Source: Eledone cirrhosa
Taxonomy: Eukaryota
Length of the DNA: 64,000 nucleotides
Assembly: GCA_964016885.1 (NCBI GenBank)
Contig: OZ024740.1
Coordinates: 28,272,001 to 28,336,000 of the forward strand
Reading direction: 5' to 3'
Both the position numbers and the translations under genes were made by a program. The notes beneath the pieces are model-generated. The model did not search any database. It was not told where the DNA came from and saw nothing but the letters and a program-made list of their open reading frames with translations. Positions 28,201 through 42,372 of the stretch are shown piece by piece. Numbering within the stretch: position 1 is the first letter of the stretch; each line of letters begins with the position of its first letter.

Positions 28201-31200
28201 TGAGTATATGTGATTTTCCTGACTATATGTGATTTTCCTGAGTATATGTGATTTTCCTAAGTATATGTGATTTTCCTGACTATATGTGATTTTCCTGAGT
28301 ATATGTGATCTTCCTGAGTATATGTGATTTTCCTGAGTATATGCGATTTTCCTGAGTATATGTGATTTTCCTGAGTATATGAAATTTCCCTGAGTATATG
28401 TGATTTTCCTGACTATATGTGATTTCCCTGAATATATGTGATTTTTTCAGAGTATATGTGATTTTTCTGTGTATATATAATTTTCCTGAGTATATGTGAC
28501 TTTCCTGAGTATATGTGATTTCCCTGAGTATATGTGATTTTCCTCAGTATATGTGATTTTCCTGACAATATTTGATTTTCCTGAGTATATGTGATTTTCC
28601 TGAGTATATGTGATTTTCCTGAGTATATGTGATTTTCTTGAGTATATGTGATTTTCCTGAGTATATGTGATTTCCCTGAGTATATGTGATTTTTCTGAGT
28701 ATATGTGATTTCCCTGAGTATATGTGATTTTCCTGAGTATATGTGATTTTCATGACTATATGTGATTTTCCTGAGTATATGTGATTTTCATGACTATGTG
28801 ATTTTCTTGACAATATGTGATTTTCCTGAGTATATGTGATTTTCCTGAGTATATGTGATTTTCCTGAGTATATGTGATTTTCTTGAGTATATGTGATTTT
28901 CCTGAGTATATGTGATTTCCCTGAGTATATGTGATTTTTCTGACTATGTGATTTTCTTGACTATATGTGATTTTCCTGAGTATATGTGATTTTGCTGACT
29001 ATATGTGATTTTCCTGAGTATATAAAATTTCCCTGAGTATATGTGATTTTCCTGAGTATATGTGATTTTCCTGACTATATGTGCTTTTCCTGAGTATATG
29101 TGATTTCCCTGACTATATGTGATTTCCCGGAGTATATGTGATTTTCATGAGTATATGTGATTTTCCTGAGTATATGTGATTTTCCTGACTATATGTGCTT
29201 TTCCTGAGTATATGTGATTTCCCTGACTATATGTGATTTCCCGGAGTATATGTGATTTTCCTGAGTATATGCGATTTTCCTGAGTGTATGTGATTTCCCT
29301 GACTATATGTGATTTTCCTGAGTATATGTGATTTTCCTGACTATATGTGATTTTCCTGAGTATATGTGATTTCCCTGAGTATATGTGATTTTCCTGAGTA
29401 TATGTGATTTTCCTGACTATATGTGATTTTCCTGAGTATATGTGATTTTCCTGAGTATATGTGATTTTCCTGAGTATATGTGATTTTCCTGAGTATATGT
29501 GATTTTCTTGAGTATATGTGATTTTCCTGAGTATATGTGATTTCCCTGAGTATATGTGATTTTCCTGACTATTTGTGATTTTCCTGACTTTATGTGATTT
29601 TCCTGAGTATATGTGATTTTCATGACTATATGTGATTTTCCTGAGTATATGTGATTTTCCTGAGTATATGTGATTTTCCTGACTATATGTGATTTTCCTG
29701 AGTATATGTGATTTCCCTGAGTATATGTGATTTTCCTGAGTATATGTGATTTTCCTGACTATATGTGATTTTCCTGAGTATATGTGATTTTCCTGAGTAT
29801 ATGTGATTTTCCTGAGTATATGTGATTTTTCTGAGTATATGTGATTTTCTTGAGTATATGTGATTTTCCTGAGTATATGTGATTTCCCTGAGTATATGTG
29901 AGTTTTCTGAGTATATGTGATTTTCCTGACTTTATGTGATTTTCCTGAGTATATGTGATTTTCATGACTATATGTGATTTTCCTGAGTATATGTGATTTT
30001 CCTGACTATATGTGATTTTCCTGACAATATGTGATTTTCCTGAGTATGTGTGATTTCCCTGAGTATACGTGATTTTCCTGAGTATATGTAATTTCTTTGA
30101 GTATATGTGATTTCCCTGACTATATGTGATGTTCCTGAGTATATGTGATCTTCCTGAGTATATGTGATTTTCCTGAGTATAGGCGATTTTCCTGAGTATA
30201 TGTGATTTTTCTGACTATATGTGATCTTCCTGAGTATATGTGATTTCCCTGAGTATATGTGATTTTCCTGAGTATATATGATTTTCCTGAGTATATGTGA
30301 TTTTCCTGAGTATATATGATTTCCCTGAATATATGTGATTTTCCAGAGTATATGTGATTTTTCTGTGTATATATAATTTTCCTGAGTATATGTGACTTTC
30401 CTGAGTATATGTGATTTCCCTGAGTATATGTGATTTTCCTCAGTATATGTGATTTTCCTGACAATATTTGATTTTCCTGAGTATATGTGATTTTCCTGAG
30501 TATATGTGATGTTCCTGAGTATATGTGATTTTCTTGAGTATATGTGATTTCCCTGAGTATATGTGATTTTCCTGAGTATTTGTGATTTTCCTGACTATGT
30601 GATTTTCTTGACTATATGTGATTTTCCTGAGTATATGTGATTTTCCTGACTATATGTGATTTTCCTGAGTATATAAAATTTCCCTGAGTATATGTGATTT
30701 TCCTGAGTATATGTGATTTTCCTGACTATATGTGATTTTCCTGAGTATATGTGATTTCCCTGACTATATGTGATTTTCCTGAGTATATGTAATTTCCCTG
30801 AGTATATGTGATTTTCCTGAGTATATGTGATTTCCCTGACTATATGTGATTTTCATGATTATATGTGATCTTCCTGAGTATATGTGATTTTCCTGAGTAT
30901 ATGTGATTTCCCTGAGTATATGTGATTTTCCTGAGTATATGTGATTTTCATGACTATATGTGATTTTCCTGAGTATATGTGATTTTCATGACTATGTGAT
31001 TTTCTTGACAATATGTGATTTTCCTGAGTATATGTGATTTTCCTGAGTATATGTGATTTCCCTGAGTATATGTGATTTTCCTGAATATTTGTGATTTTCC
31101 TGACTATGTGATTTTCTTGACTATATGTGATTTTCCTGAGTATATGTGATTTTGCTGACTATATGTGATTTTCCTGAGTATATAAAATTTCCCTGAGTAT

Positions 31201-34200
31201 ATGTGATTTTCCTGAGTATATGTGATTTTCCTGACTATATGTGCTTTTCCTGAGTATATGTGATTTCCCTGACTATATGTGATTTCCCGGAGTATATGTG
31301 ATTTTCATGAGTATATGTGATTTTCCTGAGTATATGTGATCTTCCTGAGTATATGTGATTTTCCTGAGTATATGTGATTTTCCTGAGTATATGTGATCTT
31401 CCTGAGTATATGTGATTTTCCTGAGTATATGTGATTTCCCTGAGTATATGTGATTTTCCTGAGTATATGTGATTTTCCTGACTATATGTGATTTTCCTGA
31501 CAATATGTGATTTTCCTGAGTATGTGTGATTTCCCTGAGAATATGTGATTTTCATGAGTATATGTGATATTCCTGAGTATATGTGATTTTCCTGAGTATA
31601 TGTGATTTCCCTGAGTATATGGGATTTTCCTGAGTATATGTGATTTTCCTGACTATATGTGATTTTCCTGACAATATGTGATCTTCCTGAGTATATGCGA
31701 TTTTCCTGAGTATATGTGATTTTCCTGAGAATATGTGATTTATTTGAGTATATGTGATTTCCCTGACTATATGTGATTTTCCTGAGTATATGTGATTTCC
31801 CTGAGTATATGTGACATTCCTGAGTATATGTTATTTTCCTGAGTATTTGACTTTCCTGACTATATGTGATTTTCATGAGTATATGAGATGTTCCTGAGTA
31901 TATGTGATTTTCCTGAGTATATGCGATTTTCCTGAGTATATGTAATTTTCCTGAGTATATGTGATTTTCCTGAGTATATGTGATTTTCCTGAGTATATGC
32001 GATTTTCCTGAGTATATGTGATTTTCCTGAGTATATGTGATTTATTTAAATATATGTGATTTCCCTGACTATATGTGATTTTCCTGAGTATATGTGATTT
32101 CCCTGATTATATGTGATTTTTCTGAGTATATGTTATTATCCTGAGTATTTGATTTTCCTGACTATTTGTGATTTTCCTGACTATATGTGATTTTCCTGAG
32201 TATATGTGATCTTCCTGAGTATATGTGATTTTCCTGAGTATATGCGATTTTCCTGAGTATATGTGATTTTCCTGACTATATGTGATTTTCCTGAGTATAT
32301 GTGATTTTCCTGAGTATATGTGATTTTCCTGACTATATGTGATTTTCCTGAGTATATGTGATCTTCCTGAGTATATGTGATTTTCCTGAGTATATGCGAT
32401 TTTCCTGAGTATATGTGATATTCCTGAGTATATGAAATTTCCCTGAGTATATGTGATTTTCCTGACTATTTGTGATTTTCCTGACTTTGTGATTTTCTTG
32501 ACTATATGTGATTTTCATGATTATATGTGATCTTCCTGAGTATATATGATTTCCCTGAGTATATGTGATTTTCCTGAGTATATGTGATTTTCATGACTAT
32601 ATGTGATTTTCCTGAGTATATGTGATTTTCATGATTATGTGATTTTCCTGACAATATGTGATTTTCCTGAGTATATGTGATTTTCCTGAGTATATGCGAT
32701 TTTCCTGAGTATATGTGATTTTCCTGACTATATGTGATTTTCCTGAGTATATGTGATCTTCCTGAGTATATGTGATTTTCCTGAGTATATGCGATTTTCC
32801 TGAGTATATGTGATTTTCCTGAGTATATGAAATTTCCCTGAGTATATGTGATTTTCCTGACTATTTGTGATTTTCCTGACTATGTGATTTTCTTGACTAT
32901 ATGTGATTTTCATGATTATATGTGATTTTCCTGAGTATATGTGATTTTCCTGAGTATATGTTATCTTCCTGAGTATATGTGATTTTCCTGAGTATATGTG
33001 ATTTCCCTGAGTATATGTGATTTTCCTGAGTATATGTGATTTTCCTGACTTTATGTGATTTTCCTGAGTATATGTGATTTTCATGACTATATGTGATTTT
33101 CCTGAGTATATGTGATTTTCCTGACTATATGTGATTTTCCTGACAATATGTGATTTTCCTGAGTATGTGTGATTTCCCTGAGTATATGTGATTTTCATGA
33201 GTATACGTGATTTTCCTGAGTATATGTAATTTCTTTCAGTATATGTGATTTCCCTGACTATATGTGATGTTCCTGAGTATATGTGATCTTCCTGAGTATA
33301 TGTGACTTTCCTGAGTATAGGCGATTTTCCTGAGTATATGTGATTTTTCTGACTATATGTGATCTTCCTGAGTATATGTGATTTCCCTGAGTATATGTGA
33401 TTTTCCTGAGTATATGTGATCTTCCTGAGTATATGTGATTTTCCTGAGTATATGCGATTTTCCTGAGTATATGTGATTTTCCTGAGTATATGAAATTTCC
33501 CTGAGTATATGTGATTTTCCTGACTATATGTGATTTCCCTGAATATATGTGATTTTTTCAGAGTATATGTGATTTTTCTGTGTATATATAATTTTCCTGA
33601 GTATATGTGACTTTCCTGAGTATATGTGATTTCCCTGAGTATATGTGATTTTCCTCAGTATATGTGATTTTCCTGACAATATTTGATTTTCCTGAGTATA
33701 TGTGATTTTCCTGAGTATATGTGATTTTCCTGAGTATATGTGATTTTCTTGAGTATATGTGATTTTCCTGAGTATATGTGATTTCCCTGAGTATATGTGA
33801 TTTTCCTGACTATTTGTGATTTTCCTGACTATGTGATTTTCTTGACTATATGTGATTTTCCTGAGTATATGTGATTTTCCTGACTATATGTGATTTTCCT
33901 GAGTATATAAAATTTCCCTGAGTATATGTGATTTTCCTGAGTATATGTGATTTTCCTGACTATATGTGATTTTCCTGAGTATATGTGATTTCCCTGACTA
34001 TATGTGATTTTCCTGAGTATATGTGATTTCCCTGAGTATATGTGATTTTCCTGAGTATATGTGATTTTCATGACTATATGTGATTTTCCTGAGTATATGT
34101 GATTTTCATGACTATGTGATTTTCTTGACAATATGTGATTTTCCTGAGTATATGTGATTTTCCTGAGTATATGTGATTTTCCTGAGTATATGTGATTTTC

Positions 34201-36650
34201 TTGAGTATATGTGATTTTCCTGAGTATATGTGATTTCCCTGAGTATATGTGATTTTTCTGACTATGTGATTTTCTTGACTATATGTGATTTTCCTGAGTA
34301 TATGTGATTTTGCTGACTATATGTGATTTTCCTGAGTATATAAAATTTCCCTGAGTATATGTGATTTTCCTGAGTATATGTGATTTTCCTGACTATATGT
34401 GCTTTTCCTGAGTATATGTGATTTCCCTGACTATATGTGATTTCCCGGAGTATATGTGATTTTCATGAGTATATGTGATTTTCCTGAGTATATGTGATTT
34501 TCCTGACTATATGTGCTTTTCCTGAGTATATGTGATTTCCCTGACTATATGTGATTTCCCGGAGTATATGTGATTTTCCTGAGTATATGCGATTTTCCTG
34601 AGTGTATGTGATTTCCCTGACTATATGTGATTTTCCTGAGTATATGTGATTTTCCTGGCTATATGTGATTTTCCTGAGTATATGTGATTTCCCTGAGTAT
34701 ATGTGATTTTCCTGAGTATATGTGATTTTCCTGACTATATGTGATTTTCCTGAGTATATGTGATTTTCCTGAGTATATGTGATTTTCCTGAGTATATGTG
34801 ATTTTCCTGAGTATATGTGATTTTCTTGAGTATATGTGATTTTCCTGAGTATATGTGATTTCCCTGAGTAAATGTGATTTTCCTGACTATTTGTGATTTT
34901 CCTGACTTTATGTGATTTTCCTGAGTATATGTGATTTTCATGACTATATGTGATTTTCCTGAGTATATGTGATTTTCCTGAGTATATGTGATTTTCCTGA
35001 CTATATGTGATTTTCCTGAGTATATGTGATTTCCCTGAGTATATGTGATTTTCCTGAGTATATGTGATTTTCCTGACTATATGTGATTTTCCTGAGTATA
35101 TGTGATTTTCCTGAGTATATGTGATTTTCCTGAGTATATGTGATTTTTCTGAGTATATGTGATCTTCTTGAGTATATGTGATTTTCCTGAGTATATGTGA
35201 TTTCCCTGAGTATATGTGATTTTCCTGAGTATATGTGATTTTCCTGACTTTATGTGATTTTCCTGAGTATATGTGATTTTCATGACTATATGTGATTTTC
35301 CTGAGTATATGTGATTTTCCTGACTATATGTGATTTTCCTGACAATATGTGATTTTCCTGAGTATGTGTGATTTCCCTGAGTATACGTGATTTTCCTGAG
35401 TATATGTAATTTCTTTGAGTATATGTGATTTCCCTGACTATATGTGATGTTCCTGAGTATATGTGATCTTCCTGAGTATATGTGATTTTCCTGAGTATAG
35501 GCGATTTTCCTGAGTATATGTGATTTTTCTGACTATATGTGATCTTCCTGAGTATATGTGATTTCCCTGAGTATATGTGATTTTCCTGAGTATATATGAT
35601 TTTCCTGCGTATATGTGATTTTCCTGAGTATATGTGATTTCCCTGAATATATGTGATTTTCCAGAGTATATGTGATTTTTCTGTGTATATATAATTTTCC
35701 TGAGTATATGTGACTTTCCTGAGTATATGTGATTTCCCTGAGTATATGTGATTTTCCTCAGTATATGTGATTTTCCTGACAATATTTGATTTTCCTGAGT
35801 ATATGTGATTTTCCTGAGTATATGTGATGTTCCTGAGTATATGTGATTTTCTTGAGTATATGTGATTTCCCTGAGTATATGTGATTTTCCTGAGTATTTG
35901 TGATTTTCCTGACTATGTGATTTTCTTGACTATATGTGATTTTCCTGAGTATATGTGATTTTCCTGACTATATGTGATTTTCCTGAGTATATAAAATTTC
36001 CCTGAGTATATGTGATTTTCCTGAGTATATGTGATTTTCCTGACTATATGTGATTTTCCTGAGTATATGTGATTTCCCTGACTATATGTGATTTTCCTGA
36101 GTATATGTAATTTCCCTGAGTATATGTGATTTTCCTGAGTATATGTGATTTCCCTGACTATATGTGATTTTCATGATTATATGTGATCTTCCTGAGTATA
36201 TGTGATTTTCCTGAGTATATGTGATTTCCCTGAGTATATGTGATTTTCCTGAGTATATGTGATTTTCATGACTATATGTGATTTTCCTGAGTATATGTGA
36301 TTTTCATGACTATGTGATTTTCTTGACAATATGTGATTTTCCTGAGTATATGTGATTTTCCTGAGTATATGTGATTTCCCTGAGTATATGTGATTTTCCT
36401 GACTATTTGTGATTTTCCTGACTATGTGATTTTCTTGACTATATGTGATTTTCCTGAGTATATGTGATTTTGCTGACTATATGTGATTTTCCTGAGTATA
36501 TAAAATTTCCCTGAGTATATGTGATTTTCCTGAGTATATGTGATTTTCCTGACTATATGTGCTTTTCCTGAGTATATGTGATTTCCCTGACTATATGTGA
36601 TTTCCCGGAGTATATGTGATTTTCATGAGTATATGTGATTTTCCTGAGTA
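22250..36650 (+). repeat. Three related multi-kb blocks (starting about 22.3, 28.7 and 34.0 kb; offsets 6542/6580 and 5318)
   Basis: ORF series 22875/29417/34735, 23540/30120/35438, 24693/31273/36591 and 29759/35077 have near-identical variant order. Boundaries are approximate. Confidence 0.8.
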
Positions 36651-39600
36651 TATGTGATCTTCCTGAGTATATGTGATTTCCCTGAGTATATGTGATTTTC
36701 CTGAGTATATGTGATTTTCCTGACTATATGTGATTTTCCTGACAATGTGTGATTTTCCTGAGTACGTGTGATTTCCCTGAGTATATGTGATTTTCCTGAG
36801 TATATGTGATCTTCCTGAGTATATGCGATTTTCCTGAGTATATGTGATTTTCCTGAGAATATGTGATTTATTTGAGTATATGTGATTTCCCTGACTATAT
36901 GTGATTTTCCTGAGTATATGTGATTTCCCTGAGTATATGTGACATTCCTGAGTATATGTTATTTTCCTGAGTATTTGATTTTCCTGACTATATGTGATTT
37001 TCATGAGTATATGTGATGTTCCTGAGTATATGTGATTTTCCTGAGTATATGCGATTTTCCTGAGTATATGTAATTTTCCTGAGTATATGTGATTTTCCTG
37101 AGTATATGTGATTTTCCTGAGTATATGCGATTTTCCTGAGTATATGTGATTTTCCTGAGTATATGTGATTTATTTAAGTATATGTGATTTCCCTGACTAT
37201 ATGTGATTTTCCTGAGTATATGTGATTTCCCTGAGTATATGTGATTTATTTAAGTATATGTGATTTCCCTGACTATATGTGATTTTCCTGAGTATTTGTG
37301 ATTTTCCTGACTATGTGATTTTCTTGACTATATGTGATTTTCCTGAGTATATGTGATTTTCCTGACTATATGTGATTTTCCTGAGTATATAAAATTTCCC
37401 TGAGTATATGTGATTTTCCTGAGTATATGTGATTTTCCTGACTATATGTGATTTTCCTGAGTATATGTGATTTCCCTGACTATATGTGATTTTCCTGAGT
37501 ATATGTAATTTCCCTGAGTATATGTGATTTTCCTGAGTATATGTGATTTCCCTGACTATATGTGATTTTCATGATTATATGTGATCTTCCTGAGTATATG
37601 TGATTTTCCTGAGTATATGTGATTTCCCTGAGTATATGTGATTTTCCTGAGTATATGTGATTTTCATGACTATATGTGATTTTCCTGAGTATATGTGATT
37701 TTCATGACTATGTGATTTTCTTGACAATATGTGATTTTCCTGAGTATATGTGATTTTCCTGAGTATATGTGATTTCCCTGAGTATATGTGATTTTCCTGA
37801 CTATTTGTGATTTTCCTGACTATGTGATTTTCTTGACTATATGTGATTTTCCTGAGTATATGTGATTTTGCTGACTATATGTGATTTTCCTGAGTATATA
37901 AAATTTCCCTGAGTATATGTGATTTTCCTGAGTATATGTGATTTTCCTGACTATATGTGCTTTTCCTGAGTATATGTGATTTCCCTGACTATATGTGATT
38001 TCCCGGAGTATATGTGATTTTCATGAGTATATGTGATTTTCCTGAGTATATGTGATCTTCCTGAGTATATGTGATTTCCCTGAGTATATGTGATTTTCCT
38101 GAGTATATGTGATTTTCCTGACTATATGTGATTTTCCTGACAATATGTGATTTTCCTGAGTATGTGTGATTTCCCTGAGTATATGTGATTTTCATGAGTA
38201 TATGTGATATTCCTGAGTATATGTGATTTTCCTGACTATATGTGATTTTCCTGAGTATATGTGATCTTCCTGAGTATATGCGATTTTCCTGAGTATATGT
38301 GATTTTCCTGAGAATATGTGATTTATTTGAGTATATGTGATTTCCCTGACTATATGTGATTTTCCTGAGTATATGTGATTTTCCTGAGTATATGTGATCT
38401 TCCTGAGTATATGTGATTTTCCTGAGTATATGTGATTTCCCTGAGTATATGTGATTTTCCTGAGTATATGTGATTTTCCTGACTATATGTGATTTTCCTG
38501 ACAATATGTGATTTTCCTGAGTATGTGTGATTTCCCTGAGTATATGTGATTTTCATGAGTATATGTGATATTCCTGAGTATATGTGATTTTCCTGACTAT
38601 ATGTGATTTTCCTGAGTATATGTGATATTCCTGAGTATATGCGATTTTCCTGAGTATATGTGATTTTCCTGAGAATATGTGATTTATTTGAGTATATGTG
38701 ATTTCCCTGACTATATGTGATTTTCCTGAGTATATGTGATTTCCCTGAGTATATGTGACATTCCTGAGTATATGTTATTTTCCTGAGTATTTGATTTTCC
38801 TGACTATATGTGATTTTCATGAGTATATGTGATGTTCCTGAGTATATGTGATTTTCCTGAGTATATGCGATTTTCCTGAGTATATGTAATTTTCCTGAGT
38901 ATATGTGATTTTCCTGAGTATATGTGATTTTCCTGAGTATATGCGATTTTCCTGAGTATATGTGATTTTCCTGAGTATATGTGATTTATTTAAGTATATG
39001 TGATTTCCCTGACTACATGTGATTTTCCTGAGTATATGTGATTTCCCTGATTATATGTGATTTTCCTGAGTATTTGATTTTCCTGACTATTTGTGATTTT
39101 CCTGACTATATGTGATTTTCCTGAGTATATGTGATCTTCCTGAGTATATGTGATTTTCCTGAGTATATGCGATTTTCCTGAGTATATGTGATTTTCCTGA
39201 CTATATGTGATTTTCCTGAGTATATGTGATTTTCCTGAGTATATGTGATTTTCCTGACTATATGTGATTTTCCTGAGTATATGTGATCTTCCTGAGTATA
39301 TGTGATTTTCCTGAGTATATGCGATTTTCCTGAGTATATGTGATATTCCTGAGTATATGAAATTTCCCTGAGTATATGTGATTTTCCTGACTATTTGTGA
39401 TTTTCCTGACTTTGTGATTTTCTTGACTATATGTGATTTTCATGATTATATGTGATCTTCCTGAGTATATATGATTTCCCTGAGTATATGTGATTTTCCT
39501 GAGTATATGTGATTTTCATGACTATATGTGATTTTCCTGAGTATATGTGATTTTCATGATTATGTGATTTTCCTGACAATATGTGATTTTCCTGAGTATA

Positions 39601-40340
39601 TGTGATTTTCCTGAGTATATGCGATTTTCCTGAGTATATGTGATTTTCCTGACTATATGTGATTTTCCTGAGTATATGTGATCTTCCTGAGTATATGTGA
39701 TTTTCCTGAGTATATGCGATTTTCCTGAGTATATGTGATTTTCCTGAGTATATGAAATTTCCCTGAGTATATGTGATTTTCCTGACTATTTGTGATTTTC
39801 CTGACTATGTGATTTTCTTGACTATATGTGATTTTCATGATTATATGTGATTTTCCTGAGTATATGTGATTTTCCTGAGTATATGTTATCTTCCTGAGTA
39901 TATGTGATTTTCCTGAGTATATGTGATTTCCCTGAGTATATGTGATTTTCCTGAGTATATGTGATTTTCCTGACTTTATGTGATTTTCCTGAGTATATGT
40001 GATTTTCATGACTATATGTGATTTTCCTGAGTATATGTGATTTTCCTGACTATATGTGATTTTCCTGACAATATGTGATTTTCCTGAGTATGTGTGATTT
40101 CCCTGAGTATATGTGATTTTCATGAGTATACGTGATTTTCCTGAGTATATGTAATTTCTTTCAGTATATGTGATTTCCCTGACTATATGTGATGTTCCTG
40201 AGTATATGTGATCTTCCTGAGTATATGTGACTTTCCTGAGTATAGGCGATTTTCCTGAGTATATGTGATTTTTCTGACTATATGTGATCTTCCTGAGTAT
40301 ATGTGATTTCCCTGAGTATATGTGATTTTCCTGAGTATAT
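31690..40340 (+). repeat. Dispersed duplication of about 1.7 kb (about 31.7-33.4 kb / about 38.6-40.3 kb; offset 6944 then 6925)
   Basis: ORF pairs 32333/39258 and 32728/39653 are identical at offset 6925. The marker tatttgag is at 31741/38685 (6944 = 6925+19). Both copies share the rare variants gactttgtg and ttctttcag. Confidence 0.82.
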
Positions 40341-42372
40341 ATGATTTTCCTGAGTATATGTGATTTCCCTGAATATATGTGATTTTCCAGAGTATATGTG
40401 ATTTTTCTGTGTATATATAATTTTCCTGAGTATATGTGACTTTCCTGAGTATATGTGATTTCCCTGAGTATATGTGATTTTACTCAGTATATGTGATTTT
40501 CCTGACAATATTTGATTTTCCTGAGTATATGTGATTTTCCTGAGTATATGTGATTTTCCTGAGTATATGTGATTTTTTTGAGTATATGTGATTTCCCTGA
40601 GCATATGTGATTTTCCTGACTATTTGTGATTTTCCTGACTATGTGATTTTCTTGACTATATGTGATTTTCCTGAGTATATGTGATTTCCCTGACTATATG
40701 TGATTTTCCTGAGTATATGTAATTTCCCTGAGTATATGTGATTTTCCTGAGTATATGTGATTTCCCTGACTATATGTGATTTTCATGATTATATGTGATC
40801 TTCCTGAGTATATGTGATTTTCCTGAGTATATGTGATTTCCCTGAGTATATGTGATTTTCCTGAGTATATGTGATTTTCATGACTATATGTGATTTTCCT
40901 GAGTATATGTGATTTTCATGACTATGTGATTTTCTTGACAATATGTGATTTTCCTGAGTATATGTGATTTTCCTGAGTATATGTGATTTTCCTGAGTATA
41001 TGTGATTTTCTTGAGTATATGTGATTTTCCTGAGTATATGTGATTTCCCTGAGTATATGTGATTTTCCTGACTATTTGTGATTTTCCTGACTATGTGATT
41101 TTCTTGACTATATGTGATTTTCCTGAGTATATGTGATTTTGCTGACTATATGTGATTTTCCTGAGTATATAAAATTTCCCTGAGTATATGTGATTTTCCT
41201 GAGTATATGTGATTTTCCTGACTATATGTGCTTTTCCTGAGTATATGTGATTTCCCTGACTATATGTGATTTCCCGGAGTATATGTGATTTTCATGAGTA
41301 TATGTGATTTTCCTGAGTATATGTGATCTTCCTGAGTATATGTGATTTTCCTGAGTATATGTGATTTCCCTGAGTATATGTGATTTTCCTGAGTATATGT
41401 GATTTTCCTGAGAATATGTGATTTATTTGAGTATATGTGATTTCCCTGACTATATGTGATTTTCCTGAGTATATGTGATTTCCCTGAGTATATGTGACAT
41501 TCCTGAGTATATGTTATTTTCCTGAGTATTTGATTTTCCTGACTATATGTGATTTTTATGAGTATATGTGATCTTCCTGAGTATATGTGATTTTCCTGAG
41601 TATATGCGATTTTCCTGAGTATATGTGATTTTCCTGAGTATATGTGATTTTCCTGAGTATATGTGATTTTCCTGAGTATATGCGATTTTCCTGAGTATAT
41701 GTGATTTTCCTGAGTATATGTGATTTATTTAAGTATATGTGATTTCCCTGACTATATGTGATTTTCCTGAGTATATGTGATTTCCCTGAGTATATGTGAT
41801 TTTCCTGAGTATATGTTATTATCCTGAGTATTTGATTTTCCTGACTATTTGTGATTTTCCTGACTATATGTGATTTTCCTGAGTATATGTGATCTTCCTG
41901 AGTATATGTGATTTTCCTGAGTATATGCGATTTTCCTGAGTATATGTGATTTTCCTGACTATATGTGATTTTCCTGAGTATATGTGATTTTTCTGAGTAT
42001 ATGTGATTTTCCTGACTATATGTGATTTTCCTGAGTATATGTGATCTTCTGAGTATATGTGATTTTCCTGAGTATATGCGATTTTCCTGAGTATATGTGA
42101 TTTTCCTGAGTATATGAAATTTCCCTGAGTATATGTGATTTTCCTGACTATTTGTGATTTTCCTGACTATGTGATTTTCTTGACTATATGTGATTTTCAT
42201 GATTATATGTGATCTTCCTGAGTATATGTGATTTTCCTGAGTATATGTGATTTCCCTGAGTATATGTGATTTTCCTGAGTATATGTGATTTTCCTGACTA
42301 TATGTGATTTTCCTGAGTATATGTGATTTTCCTGAGTATATGTGATTTCCCTGAGTATATGTGATTTTCCTG

